Of a stretch of 64,000 bases of DNA, positions 51,281-61,681 are shown one piece after another. The notes under the pieces are model-generated. The model was not told the DNA's origin. It made no database searches and was given only the letters and a program-made list of their open reading frames with translations. Each line of letters begins with the position of its first letter. Positions within the stretch are counted from its first letter, which is position 1. The stretch lies in NCBI GenBank assembly GCA_031581455.1, contig JAVLBJ010000001.1, positions 2,568 to 66,567 on the forward strand, in the 5' to 3' direction. The DNA comes from Psychroflexus sp. GTDB lineage: Bacteria > Bacteroidota > Bacteroidia > Flavobacteriales > Flavobacteriaceae. The position numbers and the translations under genes were made by a program.

Positions 51281-52614
51281 GAACTTTAATCAAAAATGCA
51301 AGCATTGTTAACGAAGGTAAAATTAAACACGGTGATGTCTTGATCAATCATGATATTATTGAAGAAATCAACTCATCGATAAGTTTAAAATCTAATGATA
51401 CCCAGATCATTGATGCAGAAGGCAACTATCTTATCCCGGGTTTTATTGATGATCAGGTACATTTTAGAGAACCAGGACTCACTCATAAAGAAACGATTAA
51501 AACAGGTTCAAAAGCCGCTATAGCTGGAGGTATTACCAGCTTTATTGAAATGCCTAATACAAAACCTCAAACTACAAACTTTAAAGAATTAGACAATAAA
51601 TTTGCTATAGCAGCTAAAGAAAGTTATGCTAACTATTCATTTATGTTTGGCGGCACTAACGACAATTTAGAGCTCATTAAACAAATTAACCCGAAAGAAG
51701 TAGCCGGACTTAAATTATTCTTAGGTTCATCTACTGGTAATATGTTAGTTGATGATGAACGCGTATTAGAAAGCATATTCAGAGAATCGCCCGTAATCAT
51801 ATCTACTCACTGTGAAGATGAATCAACTATAAAAAAAAATTTAGAACGATATGTTAGCGAATATGGAGATGATATTCCCATTGAAAAACACCCTAAAATA
51901 AGAAGCGAAGAAGCTTGTTATTTGTCATCTTCATCAGCTGTAGCATTAGCTAAAAAAACTAACGCAAGGCTACATGTATTTCACATATCTACGGCTAAAG
52001 AGTTGACATTATTTAACAACAACATACCGCTTAAAGACAAGCAAATTACAGCTGAAGTTTGTTTGCACCACTTATGGTTTAGCGATAAAGATTATGCTGA
52101 ACACGGAAGTAAAATTAAATGGAATCCTGCGGTAAAAAAAGCTTCTGACCGAGAAGCTATCTTGCAGGCTTTTAACAATAATATAATAGATATATTTGCA
52201 ACAGACCACGCACCACACACCCCAGAAGAAAAGTCACAGGTTTATACTACTTGCCCTAGTGGAGGTCCTATGGTTCAGCATGCTTTACCAGCATTATTTC
52301 AAATGACAAAGAACAAAGAGACCACATTAGAAAACGTAGTTCAAAAAGCATGTCATAATCCCGCTATACTTTTTGATATTGAAAAAAGAGGATTTATAAA
52401 AGAAGGCTATAAAGCTGATTTGGTAATAGTTGACCCAGCTTTACCATTCACCGTCACTAAAGATAATTTATTTTATAAATGTGGCTGGTCTCCTATGATG
52501 GGGAAAACTTTTAATTCAAGGGTTTTATCAACTTTTGTTAATGGTAGATTAGCTTATCACAATTTTCAGTTTAAAGGTTTTAAAGCCGGAGAAAAGCTAA
52601 ATTTTGACAGATGA
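51277..52614 (+). CDS. pyrC: Dihydroorotase
   Basis: PGFIDDQVHFREPG, EMPNT, HCEDE, LHVFHIST, KWNP, ATDHAPH. Confidence 0.92.
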   Translation: MRTLIKNASIVNEGKIKHGDVLINHDIIEEINSSISLKSNDTQIIDAEGNYLIPGFIDDQVHFREPGLTHKETIKTGSKAAIAGGITSFIEMPNTKPQTTNFKELDNKFAIAAKESYANYSFMFGGTNDNLELIKQINPKEVAGLKLFLGSSTGNMLVDDERVLESIFRESPVIISTHCEDESTIKKNLERYVSEYGDDIPIEKHPKIRSEEACYLSSSSAVALAKKTNARLHVFHISTAKELTLFNNNIPLKDKQITAEVCLHHLWFSDKDYAEHGSKIKWNPAVKKASDREAILQAFNNNIIDIFATDHAPHTPEEKSQVYTTCPSGGPMVQHALPALFQMTKNKETTLENVVQKACHNPAILFDIEKRGFIKEGYKADLVIVDPALPFTVTKDNLFYKCGWSPMMGKTFNSRVLSTFVNGRLAYHNFQFKGFKAGEKLNFDR

Positions 52615-53030
52615 GATATAGTTTAGTTGTATTAGTAGTAATGATGATAGCCTGTCAGTCTGTTGAAAAAGTTGAAAAGCCTGAAAATCTTTTAAACAAA
52701 GAGCAAATGGTTAATGTTTTAACAGACATCGCTATTCTAAAGGCAGCAACAGACGTTAACAAAAACAGGCTAAATAAACACATCGATAAGCCTTTTCAGT
52801 ATATAAAAACAAAATATGGTATTGATAGCTTAACATTAGCTAAAAATTTAGAATATTACAATTTTAAGTTCAATCAAAACCTTGAAATCTACGAAAAAGT
52901 AGAGGAAAAGTTAAAAACTAAAAATACTAAAATAGACAGTATGCAAACTTATTTAGACAGCATTGATAAATCAAAGAACTACTCTAAAGATATTCAATTA
53001 AATAAAAAAAAGCAAAAAACTAAGCCGTAG
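52611..53030 (+). CDS. DUF4296 family lipoprotein
   Basis: Lipobox MIAC; KPENLL-KEQM--VL-DI; KYGIDS; position after pyrC. Confidence 0.8.
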   Translation: MRYSLVVLVVMMIACQSVEKVEKPENLLNKEQMVNVLTDIAILKAATDVNKNRLNKHIDKPFQYIKTKYGIDSLTLAKNLEYYNFKFNQNLEIYEKVEEKLKTKNTKIDSMQTYLDSIDKSKNYSKDIQLNKKKQKTKP

Positions 53031-54951
53031 AAGCTTTTATTTTAGAGAGCTTTAATCGCTCTTTTCTGTACTCGGGAATTAGTTCTTTAAGTGTTTTAAT
53101 AGATTTTTTCTCATCTAAATCTTCTATTTGTTCAAACAGGTTATTAAGTAGAATACGTTTGCTGTTATCATATTGATAAGAACTTTTTGCAATCAATATT
53201 TTTTTATGATGTGTAGGAAGTGTGTTTTCTTTATCTGCAAGAAGCTCTTCATATAACTTTTCGCCAGGTCTAAGCCCCGTAAACTCTATTTTTATATCTT
53301 GATCAGGTATAAATCCTGATAACCTAATTAATTTACGAGCAAGGTCTAAAATTTTTACCTGTTCACCCATATCAAAAACATAAATCTCGCCACCATTTCC
53401 CATAACACCAGCTTCTAGCACAAGCTGACAGGCCTCATTTATAGTCATAAAATAGCGGGTGATATCTTTATGGGTTACTGTTAAGGGGCCACCTTGCTTA
53501 ATTTGTTTTTTAAAATGAGGAATAACTGAGCCATTAGAACCTAAAACATTCCCAAAGCGTGTAGTGATAAAGGTGGTTTCTATGTTTTGTTTATGAGATA
53601 ATGATTTAATATAAAGCTCTGCTGCTCGCTTAGAAGCTCCCATAATACTTGTAGGGTTAACGGCCTTATCAGTAGAAATAAACACAAACCGCTCTACTTT
53701 ATATTGAGTTGCCAGCAAAGCAACGTTTCTCGTGCCGCATATATTTACATTAAATGCCTCACTAGGATTGTCTTCCATTGCAGGAACATGTTTATAGGCA
53801 GCACCATGAAAAACGACATGCGGTAAATATTTTTCAAAAATTTTCTCCATTCTCTTAAGGTAGGTAACATCAGCAATTATCAATTCATAATTAAGTTCTG
53901 GATGATTAAATTTAAGTTGGAGGCATACTTCATGTAATGCAGTCTCTGCCTGATCAACAAGGAGTAACTTTTTAGGGTTATACCTTATAAGTTGCCTTAT
54001 GATATCACTTCCTATAGAACCAGCTGCACCGGTTACCATAATCACTCGATTGGCATATTTCTTTTTTAATTGTTCATCATTTAATTTTATTGGAGTTCTA
54101 GGTAAAAGATCCTCTAAGTTAATTTGTTTCGCCTCTGTGCTTATACTTTCATTATTCCAATTTTCGATCTCAGGAATCTTATATATTTTAAAATTTAATT
54201 TTAGAAGCTTGTCAATCAAATTTTTATCATTTGAAATGATCTTCTTCAATCTTTTTTCTGATATAACAACAGCTTTATTGCTAGACTCTACATAGCTTAG
54301 CTGCTGTATGGTTTTAACCGGTAATGTAAATATTTTACTCCTTTTCAGGCTAGATTTATCTGATAGAAAACCTATTATAGTAAACTTTTTTAAAGTGTCT
54401 GAAATTAAACTTTCTGCAATAGCAACATCCGTCAAATCTGTACCAAGCACATAAGCATAAATAGAGGAACGGTTTGCATTTATTACTTGATATATTCTTT
54501 TAACCACGATTCTAAAGAAATACAGTAATGAAAAAGCAATAAAGCCATATATCATAGCACCGCCATCGTATATTATTTTATCATTATTGTAATGATAGCT
54601 TATTTGATTTATCACCAATACCGTTATAACAGTTAAGCCGGTGGTTTGAATTTGCCTAAAGGCGTCTTTAAAGCCGGTATATCTAATTATGCCTGAATAA
54701 GATTTTAACAAAATAAAACATACCAACTGTATACCCAGAAAAAGGAAAAATTCATAACTTAATGTGATAATATTATAAGCTTTAGAATTAATTGTGTTTA
54801 CTAAGAGAAAGGAAGCTTGGGCAGCAAAGAAAACAATAATAGTATCTATAAGGAATATAATTTCTCTAGGTACATAATTTTTAACTAAACACTTGGACGA
54901 TTTAAGAATAACAGATTTTAACTTTAACAAAATATTTAAGTTTGTGAACAA
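53020..54951 (-). CDS. CapD/PglF-like nucleoside-diphosphate sugar 4,6-dehydratase with N-terminal TM segments
   Basis: VTGAAGSIGS, FHGAAYKHVP, ISTDKAVNP--IMGASKR, RFGNVLGSNGSV, GLRPGEKLYEEL. Start uncertain: no early ATG; TTG at 54951 or 54930. Confidence 0.92.
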   Translation of the reverse strand: MFTNLNILLKLKSVILKSSKCLVKNYVPREIIFLIDTIIVFFAAQASFLLVNTINSKAYNIITLSYEFFLFLGIQLVCFILLKSYSGIIRYTGFKDAFRQIQTTGLTVITVLVINQISYHYNNDKIIYDGGAMIYGFIAFSLLYFFRIVVKRIYQVINANRSSIYAYVLGTDLTDVAIAESLISDTLKKFTIIGFLSDKSSLKRSKIFTLPVKTIQQLSYVESSNKAVVISEKRLKKIISNDKNLIDKLLKLNFKIYKIPEIENWNNESISTEAKQINLEDLLPRTPIKLNDEQLKKKYANRVIMVTGAAGSIGSDIIRQLIRYNPKKLLLVDQAETALHEVCLQLKFNHPELNYELIIADVTYLKRMEKIFEKYLPHVVFHGAAYKHVPAMEDNPSEAFNVNICGTRNVALLATQYKVERFVFISTDKAVNPTSIMGASKRAAELYIKSLSHKQNIETTFITTRFGNVLGSNGSVIPHFKKQIKQGGPLTVTHKDITRYFMTINEACQLVLEAGVMGNGGEIYVFDMGEQVKILDLARKLIRLSGFIPDQDIKIEFTGLRPGEKLYEELLADKENTLPTHHKKILIAKSSYQYDNSKRILLNNLFEQIEDLDEKKSIKTLKELIPEYRKERLKLSKIKASTA

Positions 54952-55020
54952 AGATATTAAAAATGTTTTAAAATTATTGCTGTTTAATTACTCTTCCTTG
55001 CTCAAAATCATATACATTTG
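54949..55020. promoter_or_regulatory. Back-to-back promoters for capD and wza-wzc
   Basis: Minus-strand TATCTTTG at 54949-54956; plus-strand TACATTTG at 55013-55020. Confidence 0.55.
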
Positions 55021-55026
55021 CAATTT

Positions 55027-55782
55027 ATGAAAAATACCATTCTAATCCTTATATTAACTGCCTTAATTTTGGGTTGTACTAGCAAAAAAAAGATAGTTTA
55101 TTTTCAAGATATAGATCAAAATCAACTGGATGATGTTGAAAAACATAGTGAGCAACTTGAAATAAAAGCAAATGATATTTTAGATATTAAAGTTAAAACC
55201 TTAAATCCTGAATCTGCTATACCTTTTGGTGAACAAAAGGATAGTCAGATGAGGGGTTTAGGCATGATTAAAATAAACGGATATCTTGTTAAAAAAGATG
55301 GAACAATAGAATATCCTGAGCTCGGGAAAGTGAAAGTAAAAGGGAAAACCACTCAAGAAGTTCAAAATTTACTTAAGTATAAATTAAAACCTTATTTAAA
55401 AAATCCAATAGTTAACGTAAGAGTAGTTAATTACAAATTTACTATCTTAGGTGAAGTTAAAAGTCCAGGGACTTATGAAATATTAGAAGAAAATTACACC
55501 CTACTTCAGGCTTTAGGTCGTGCAGGAGGTTTAACCATAAATGGAAAGAGAAAAAATATATTATTAATCAGGCATGAAAATGGCGAACGCATTACTAAAC
55601 GTATTGACTTAACAAGCTCTGACTGGATGAATACACGCTTTTATTTTATTAAACAGAATGACCAAATTTATGTTGAGCCTAACAATCCTAAAGTTAAAAG
55701 AGCCGGCTTTATTACTAATGTAGGAACAGCACTATCAGTTTTTTCAACTATCCTATCACTAACCATTATTATTTTTAGATGA
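55027..55782 (+). CDS. wza: Polysaccharide export lipoprotein (Wza/GumB-like)
   Basis: ATG at 55027 (the TTG at 55018 lies within the -7 box); lipobox ILGC; YLV--DG-I-YP-LG, LGEV-SPG, LLQALG-AGGL---G-R. Confidence 0.9.
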   Translation: MKNTILILILTALILGCTSKKKIVYFQDIDQNQLDDVEKHSEQLEIKANDILDIKVKTLNPESAIPFGEQKDSQMRGLGMIKINGYLVKKDGTIEYPELGKVKVKGKTTQEVQNLLKYKLKPYLKNPIVNVRVVNYKFTILGEVKSPGTYEILEENYTLLQALGRAGGLTINGKRKNILLIRHENGERITKRIDLTSSDWMNTRFYFIKQNDQIYVEPNNPKVKRAGFITNVGTALSVFSTILSLTIIIFR

Positions 55783-58151
55783 TGGATCAACAAAATACTA
55801 ACCAAGCCACTCAGGATCAAGAATCTATAAATATAAAAGAAACTTTATTCAATTATTTAAGATATTGGCCATATTTTTTAATGTCTGTAATAATCGCTAT
55901 GTTAACAGCTTTTATTTTTTTGAGGTATGAAAATAACATTTACGATTCTAGTGCTAAAATTAAAATATTAGAAGATAATCAATCTTTAGATTTTTCTCAA
56001 GGTGGAAGTTCAACATTATTTGACTTCAGTGCAGTAAACTTGGAAAATGAGAGGGAGATTATCACGTCTAGAAAATTGATTTCAAGAGTTATCAAGAATT
56101 CTAACTTGCAGACTAAGGTTAAAAATGAAGGTCAATTTAAATCATCCACTTTATACAATAATGAAATACCAGTAAATATCAAATGGCATCATTCAAAGGA
56201 TGAAAGTTTAGGAAATTCTCCCGTTATATTTTTAAACTTATTAGACCCATCTACTTATAAAATTAAGCTTGATAAAAATGATATTCAAGAAAATCATAAG
56301 TTTGGAGATACAGTTAACGTAAGTGGTTACAGTTTCAGCATTCAATTAAAAGAGAATATTTCTGAAAAAGTTTTTATTAAAGAATACAGCTTTCAATACT
56401 TGAATTTAAATGCATTAATAAGCAAATTAAGTCAGATTATTCGCGTAGAGCCGGTGGGAGAGAGAAGTGATATCCTTCAAATTTCTTTAGAGGGTCAAAA
56501 CAAAAAAAGAAGCGAGGCTATAATTAACAAAGTTATTGAAGAGTTCATGCAGGATGGTGTAAGAGATAACCGTAAAATTGCTAAGCGTACTAAAAATTTT
56601 GTTCAAGATAGATTAAAATATTTAGTAAAAGAGCTAGATTCTGTAGAGCAGAGTTTAGTTCAGTATAAGCAAGTAAATGAAATAACTGATATTAATAGTA
56701 ATGCTCAAAGCCTTCTTCAAAAAAGCACTCAAACAGAGTTAAACTATTTTAATAAATTTAAGCAATTATCTATCACTCAGTTATTTAATAATGAACTCCA
56801 GAACACATCAATATTTAAACTCTTACCGGTTAATATAGGGATAGAAAACAGTAATATAAATTCGCTTACAGACGAATACAATGAACAAATACTTGAAAGA
56901 CAGAAACTTCTAGTATCGTCCACTCCAAAAAATCCTCAGGTTAGAGAAATTAATTTATTAATTCAAGATTTAAAATCAAATATTTTATCTTCAGTTGAAA
57001 ACTATATTTCATCTTTAAAAAAAGAACTTAGCGAAATAGACGATAGAATCAATAAATTTGAGCGCAAAACCTCAGCTTTACCCAAGCAGGAAATAAGTAT
57101 CAGGAAAATAGAAAGAGAACAGGAAATAAAAGAAGAACTTTATTTGTTTCTATTAGAAAAAGAGTTAGAAGCAGGGTTGTCCTACGCCGTGGCTGCACCA
57201 AAAGTTAAGGTCGTAGATTACGCTTACACAAATCCTTCACCAGTGAGTCCCAAAAAAACAATAATTTTAGCTGCTAGCTTATTGTTAGGCCTGGCTATTC
57301 CATTTAGTATTATTTATATAAAATTACTTTTATATACAAAAATATATTCTAAATCTCAAGTTGAAAGAGCCATAAAAGATGCACTGATTATCGCAGAAAT
57401 ACCTTTCGTAAAATCTAAAGAAGAAAGGCAAATTAGCATGTATGACAATACTGCTATTGCTGAAGCTTTTAGAATTATGAGAACTAACATGAGTTTTTTA
57501 AAACCTGGTAAAGTAAATAAAAAGGGAGAGGGTCAAATGATTTTTATCACTTCTTCTACAAAAGGAGAAGGTAAAACATTTATCTCTGCAAACTTAGCAT
57601 CTGTTTACGCAGCAAATAATAAAAAAATATTGTTAGTAGGTACTGATTTAAGAAACCCACAATTGCATAACTCATTTGGTTTAAGTAGAGATGATAATGG
57701 CTTAACAAAATACTTATCAGATGCTTCTGTTAATGTAGATGACATTATAAACTATAATGTAAATCAAAGCGGTATAGATCTCGTGCTATCTGGAACGATT
57801 CCTCCTAATCCTTCCGAATTATTAGATAGTGAGCGCTTTAGCACTTTTGTAAAAGAAGTTAAAAATAGATATGACTTTATAATTTTAGATACTTCCCCTA
57901 CCATTCACGTATCTGACACACTATTAATTTCTCATTATTCTGACATTTTATTATATATTATAAGAGCCAATTATGCTGAATATAAGCTAACTGAACACAT
58001 CAATAAATTTAAAAAGATGAATAATCTTGACAATATTGTTTTTGCAATCAACGGTCTCTCTTCTAAAGGAGATTATTCTTACAATTATGGTTATGGGTAC
58101 GGTTACTCAACAGATAAAAAGAAATCAAAATTTAAATTTTGGAAATCATAG
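55779..58151 (+). CDS. wzc: Polysaccharide co-polymerase / BY-kinase (Wzc/GumC-like)
   Basis: Two TM segments, periplasmic coiled coil, EAFRI-RTN, Walker A TSSTKGEGKT, DLRNP, PPNPSELL, C-terminal YSYNYGYGYGY cluster. Confidence 0.93.
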   Translation: MMDQQNTNQATQDQESINIKETLFNYLRYWPYFLMSVIIAMLTAFIFLRYENNIYDSSAKIKILEDNQSLDFSQGGSSTLFDFSAVNLENEREIITSRKLISRVIKNSNLQTKVKNEGQFKSSTLYNNEIPVNIKWHHSKDESLGNSPVIFLNLLDPSTYKIKLDKNDIQENHKFGDTVNVSGYSFSIQLKENISEKVFIKEYSFQYLNLNALISKLSQIIRVEPVGERSDILQISLEGQNKKRSEAIINKVIEEFMQDGVRDNRKIAKRTKNFVQDRLKYLVKELDSVEQSLVQYKQVNEITDINSNAQSLLQKSTQTELNYFNKFKQLSITQLFNNELQNTSIFKLLPVNIGIENSNINSLTDEYNEQILERQKLLVSSTPKNPQVREINLLIQDLKSNILSSVENYISSLKKELSEIDDRINKFERKTSALPKQEISIRKIEREQEIKEELYLFLLEKELEAGLSYAVAAPKVKVVDYAYTNPSPVSPKKTIILAASLLLGLAIPFSIIYIKLLLYTKIYSKSQVERAIKDALIIAEIPFVKSKEERQISMYDNTAIAEAFRIMRTNMSFLKPGKVNKKGEGQMIFITSSTKGEGKTFISANLASVYAANNKKILLVGTDLRNPQLHNSFGLSRDDNGLTKYLSDASVNVDDIINYNVNQSGIDLVLSGTIPPNPSELLDSERFSTFVKEVKNRYDFIILDTSPTIHVSDTLLISHYSDILLYIIRANYAEYKLTEHINKFKKMNNLDNIVFAINGLSSKGDYSYNYGYGYGYSTDKKKSKFKFWKS

Positions 58152-58224
58152 AAAAAACTAGATTTTCTTTTTCTCAATATACTTTGGAACAATTTTAGCA
58201 GTTAAAGTTTAAACGAATAATCGT

Positions 58225-59196
58225 ATGAAAAAATTTATTGCCATAAATTTTCTATTTATATTGATGTCTTGCGTCAATTCAAATAATAAAAACATACCAC
58301 CTAAGTCCTCAGGAAGGATCAATAACCTAAATGTTGTTATAGATAACAAAGTCTGGCAGGATACATTAGGTGAAAGTATACGCTCTGTATTTGCCGCTAA
58401 TGCTAAAGGTTTGCCACAGCAAGAACCTATGTATTCACTAAGTCAGTTACCACCAAAAGTTTTTAACGGCTTTGCTCGTAAAAACAGAAATGTTATTATG
58501 ATAGAAAAAGCCCCTAAAGCTGATTTTAAATGGATTAAAGATACTTTTGCCAGGCCACAAAACGTGCTATTATTTAAAGGACCTAACCATCAATCTATTG
58601 CTGAGATCATTAAGAAAAATAAGGAAAAAGCCATCAGTATAATTAATAAGACTGAAATAAAGGAAAAACAAAGAAGAATTAATAAATCTCCTAAAAAAAC
58701 GACCAAACTCGAAGAAAAATTAGGCATTAAACTTTTATTCCCCACGGCCTACCGCTATGCAAAAGCAGGCGATAATTTTGTGTGGATGAGAAAAGATATT
58801 CAAAATGGGAGTATGGAATTATTAGCTTATCAGGTGCCATTAAATGCGCTAAATGAGAGCCAAAATACCATTAGCGATATTATTAAAATAAGAGATTCTA
58901 TTGGGAAAAAATACGTTCCCGGACCTACAGAAGGCAGCTATCTTACTACTGACGATGCTTATGCGCCCTATCTTTTTCAAACAAAAGTAGGTAATAAATT
59001 TGCTTATGAGGTAAAAGGTGTTTGGGATGTGGAAGGCTCATTTATGGCTGGCCCATTTCAGATGTTAATCATAAAAGACAAAGCCCGCAGTAGATACTTG
59101 ATCGTTGAAGGCTTTGTCTTTAAACCATCTGCCCAAAAGCGCAATAATATGTTTGAAATTGAGTCTATTTTGCGTTCTGTAGAATTTGTAGATTAG
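58225..59196 (+). CDS. DUF4837 family lipoprotein
   Basis: Lipobox LMSC; P-SSG-IN, GLPQ-EP, D-FA-PQ, M-GPF, EGFVF-PS--KRN-MFE-E. Confidence 0.85.
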   Translation: MKKFIAINFLFILMSCVNSNNKNIPPKSSGRINNLNVVIDNKVWQDTLGESIRSVFAANAKGLPQQEPMYSLSQLPPKVFNGFARKNRNVIMIEKAPKADFKWIKDTFARPQNVLLFKGPNHQSIAEIIKKNKEKAISIINKTEIKEKQRRINKSPKKTTKLEEKLGIKLLFPTAYRYAKAGDNFVWMRKDIQNGSMELLAYQVPLNALNESQNTISDIIKIRDSIGKKYVPGPTEGSYLTTDDAYAPYLFQTKVGNKFAYEVKGVWDVEGSFMAGPFQMLIIKDKARSRYLIVEGFVFKPSAQKRNNMFEIESILRSVEFVD

Positions 59197-61562
59197 AATT
59201 CCAGCGTCACACCACCTAAGAAATTGATGCCAGCCTGAGGATAGAACCTGGCATTCTCCACGGTTTGAGTCATGCCATTTTCTTGCGTATCGAACGTGAA
59301 AAAATATCCGTTTGAAGCATACTTTGCATCAAACACATTGTTGATCAACGCGTTGAATCTAAGCGTATCAAAAAAAAGGATATCTTTTATTTGATACACC
59401 AGATTGATATCGGTATAGAAAAAATCGTCAAGTAAGGAGGCTTCACTATCTATATTGCTCATGTATTGCTCACCTACATATTTGGAGAGCAAGTTGATCT
59501 GAAACTCATCAGTAAGCAAAAAGTTCAATTGATTTCCCGCAATGATCTCCGGTGAGAATGAAACGTTGGTCTCTCCTAATTCCCTAAGTTCGCCATCTAT
59601 AGATGCTACAAAATCCCTATTCTTATTTCGACTGAGTGCCAAATTCGGCGATATGTTCAGCCAATCTGAGATCTGAAAACTTCCCTCTATCTCTAAGCCT
59701 AAACGATAGCTCTTACCGCTGGTTTCCCTGATAGGATTCCCTACATCATCTAACGCACCGGTCAAAACTAGCTGATCCTGATACTTCATATAATACAAAT
59801 TCGCATTGATCACTGAAGCTTCGGATTGATAACGCCAACCCAGTTCAAAGTCATCTAACTTTTCAGCAGAGGTGATGCCTATCTGAAAATCTTGTCGCCT
59901 TGGTTCACGATTCGCCCTACCGTAGGAAAAATATAATTGATGATTAGCTGATGCCTGAAAGGTCAATCCTGCTTTAGGGTTGAAGAAGGCATAGCTTTCA
60001 TCTACATTAAAGGGTAGCTTCTGGTCGCTAAGTCCGGTTGATTCATAGCTGACATATCTTTCCTGTAGATCGCCGTAAACACTCCACTGATCATCTATTC
60101 GCCAGGTAGCCTTTAGGTAGGTCGTAAATTCATCTTTCACACCTTTACCATCATAGTAGCGGTCTCTGATCTCGCTGTTACCGGCAAATTGCGACCAGAT
60201 CACTTCACCAAAATGATCACCATCATATCGGCTGAAAAACACACCTGCTTTGACATCTATCTGGTCATTTTGATAATTGACATCGCCCTTAATCACATAA
60301 TAATCATTATCAAGCCAGCGTCTTCTGATCAGATTGGCATTATCAATGCTCTGGTCACCCACATCAACAGGACCGATTTCATGGAAACCCAAATCGGCAT
60401 CTTCTACATATTGCTCAAAGTAACCACGGCCATAAGTGTAGTTCAAGCTAAATGAACTCGACCAATTTTTGTCATACTGCTGATTCCAGTGGAGTTGATA
60501 ATGATCTTGATTGTAATTATCTACTTGATTATCATAAAAACGAATATTACCGTTTTCATCTTCATACTGTCCGACCGGATTAAAGGTCCGGTCGTCTCGT
60601 AAGGTCTCCCGATCGATACCGTTCCATGATTGGTAAGTGATTTCTTTGCCGCCAAAAAGTACCGCCTTGATCAACGTATTTTCATCTTTGTAAGCACCAT
60701 GTAAGAAATAGGATTTCAGATCTGATGAAGCGCGGTCTACATAACCATCTGATTGGATATTAGATAATCTGCCCGCAACCTCAAAATGCTCGTTCAATAA
60801 TCCTGTGCTGAATTGTACATTTTGCCTTCTCGTATTAAACGAGCCATAACTATTGCTAATTCTGGCCTGAGCGCTGTCCTGAACAGCTCGTGTAGAAATG
60901 TTCATACTGGCACCAAAAGCGCCTGAACCATTCGTAGAGGTTCCTACACCGCGCTGAAGCTGTATCTTATCAACGGATGAGCTAAAATCCTGCAGATTTA
61001 CCCAAAATGTACCCTGGCTTTCCTGGTCGTTGTAGGGAATTCCGTTAAGCGTCACATTGACGCGCGTCGCATCGCTACCTCTTACCCGAATACTGGTGTA
61101 ACCTACGCCATTTCCGGCATCAGAAGTAGAAACAACCGCCGGCTCATAGCTCATCAGAATAGGTATGTCTTGTCCCAGGTTCCGCTTTTTGATCTCCTCG
61201 CTTTCCAGATTGGAATGGGTGATCGGTGAATCAGCATCAACTCTGACAGACTGCACTAAGACTTCATCTAGCGTTTCCTGAGCATCAGCCAGGTCAACAT
61301 TTAATTCCTGATCTTGATCAAGATTGATATTGATTTCTTTCTTGTTCCCAAAAGCAAAAACTAAAACATATTCACCTTTGGGCAAAGTTATTTTGTAGTT
61401 CCCATTTTCAGTTGATTTTGTGTTGTAAGGTTCGCCTTTAGTATAAATAAGCGCATTTTCTATGGGTTTTTGGCCGCTCGTCACTTCACCACTTATCGTA
61501 AATTCTTGAGCTTGCGAAAAGGCGGTTAATAAGATAAAAATGGAAAAAATAATTACTTTCAT
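59193..61562 (-). CDS. TonB-dependent receptor, probably for thiamine or a precursor
   Basis: Signal peptide from ATG 61562 (alternative ATG 61598); NLGQDIP, SDAGNGVGYT-IRVRGSD-TR-NVT-NG-PYND-ESQG plug; C-terminal F; TPP riboswitch upstream. Confidence 0.9.
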   Translation of the reverse strand: MKVIIFSIFILLTAFSQAQEFTISGEVTSGQKPIENALIYTKGEPYNTKSTENGNYKITLPKGEYVLVFAFGNKKEININLDQDQELNVDLADAQETLDEVLVQSVRVDADSPITHSNLESEEIKKRNLGQDIPILMSYEPAVVSTSDAGNGVGYTSIRVRGSDATRVNVTLNGIPYNDQESQGTFWVNLQDFSSSVDKIQLQRGVGTSTNGSGAFGASMNISTRAVQDSAQARISNSYGSFNTRRQNVQFSTGLLNEHFEVAGRLSNIQSDGYVDRASSDLKSYFLHGAYKDENTLIKAVLFGGKEITYQSWNGIDRETLRDDRTFNPVGQYEDENGNIRFYDNQVDNYNQDHYQLHWNQQYDKNWSSSFSLNYTYGRGYFEQYVEDADLGFHEIGPVDVGDQSIDNANLIRRRWLDNDYYVIKGDVNYQNDQIDVKAGVFFSRYDGDHFGEVIWSQFAGNSEIRDRYYDGKGVKDEFTTYLKATWRIDDQWSVYGDLQERYVSYESTGLSDQKLPFNVDESYAFFNPKAGLTFQASANHQLYFSYGRANREPRRQDFQIGITSAEKLDDFELGWRYQSEASVINANLYYMKYQDQLVLTGALDDVGNPIRETSGKSYRLGLEIEGSFQISDWLNISPNLALSRNKNRDFVASIDGELRELGETNVSFSPEIIAGNQLNFLLTDEFQINLLSKYVGEQYMSNIDSEASLLDDFFYTDINLVYQIKDILFFDTLRFNALINNVFDAKYASNGYFFTFDTQENGMTQTVENARFYPQAGINFLGGVTLEF

Positions 61563-61610
61563 TCGATTAGATTTTATTCGAACGAAAGGGGTAAACATTC
61601 GCTATTAAAC

Positions 61611-61641
61611 AAAAAAAACCTGATGTATTTTTTACATCAGG
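61611..61641 (-). terminator. Intrinsic terminator in the riboswitch leader
   Basis: Minus strand CCTGATGTA-AAAAA-TACATCAGG followed by eight T. Confidence 0.8.
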
Positions 61642-61681
61642 AGTGCTACCTAATATCAACTTTTAAAAAAAGTTGATATGT

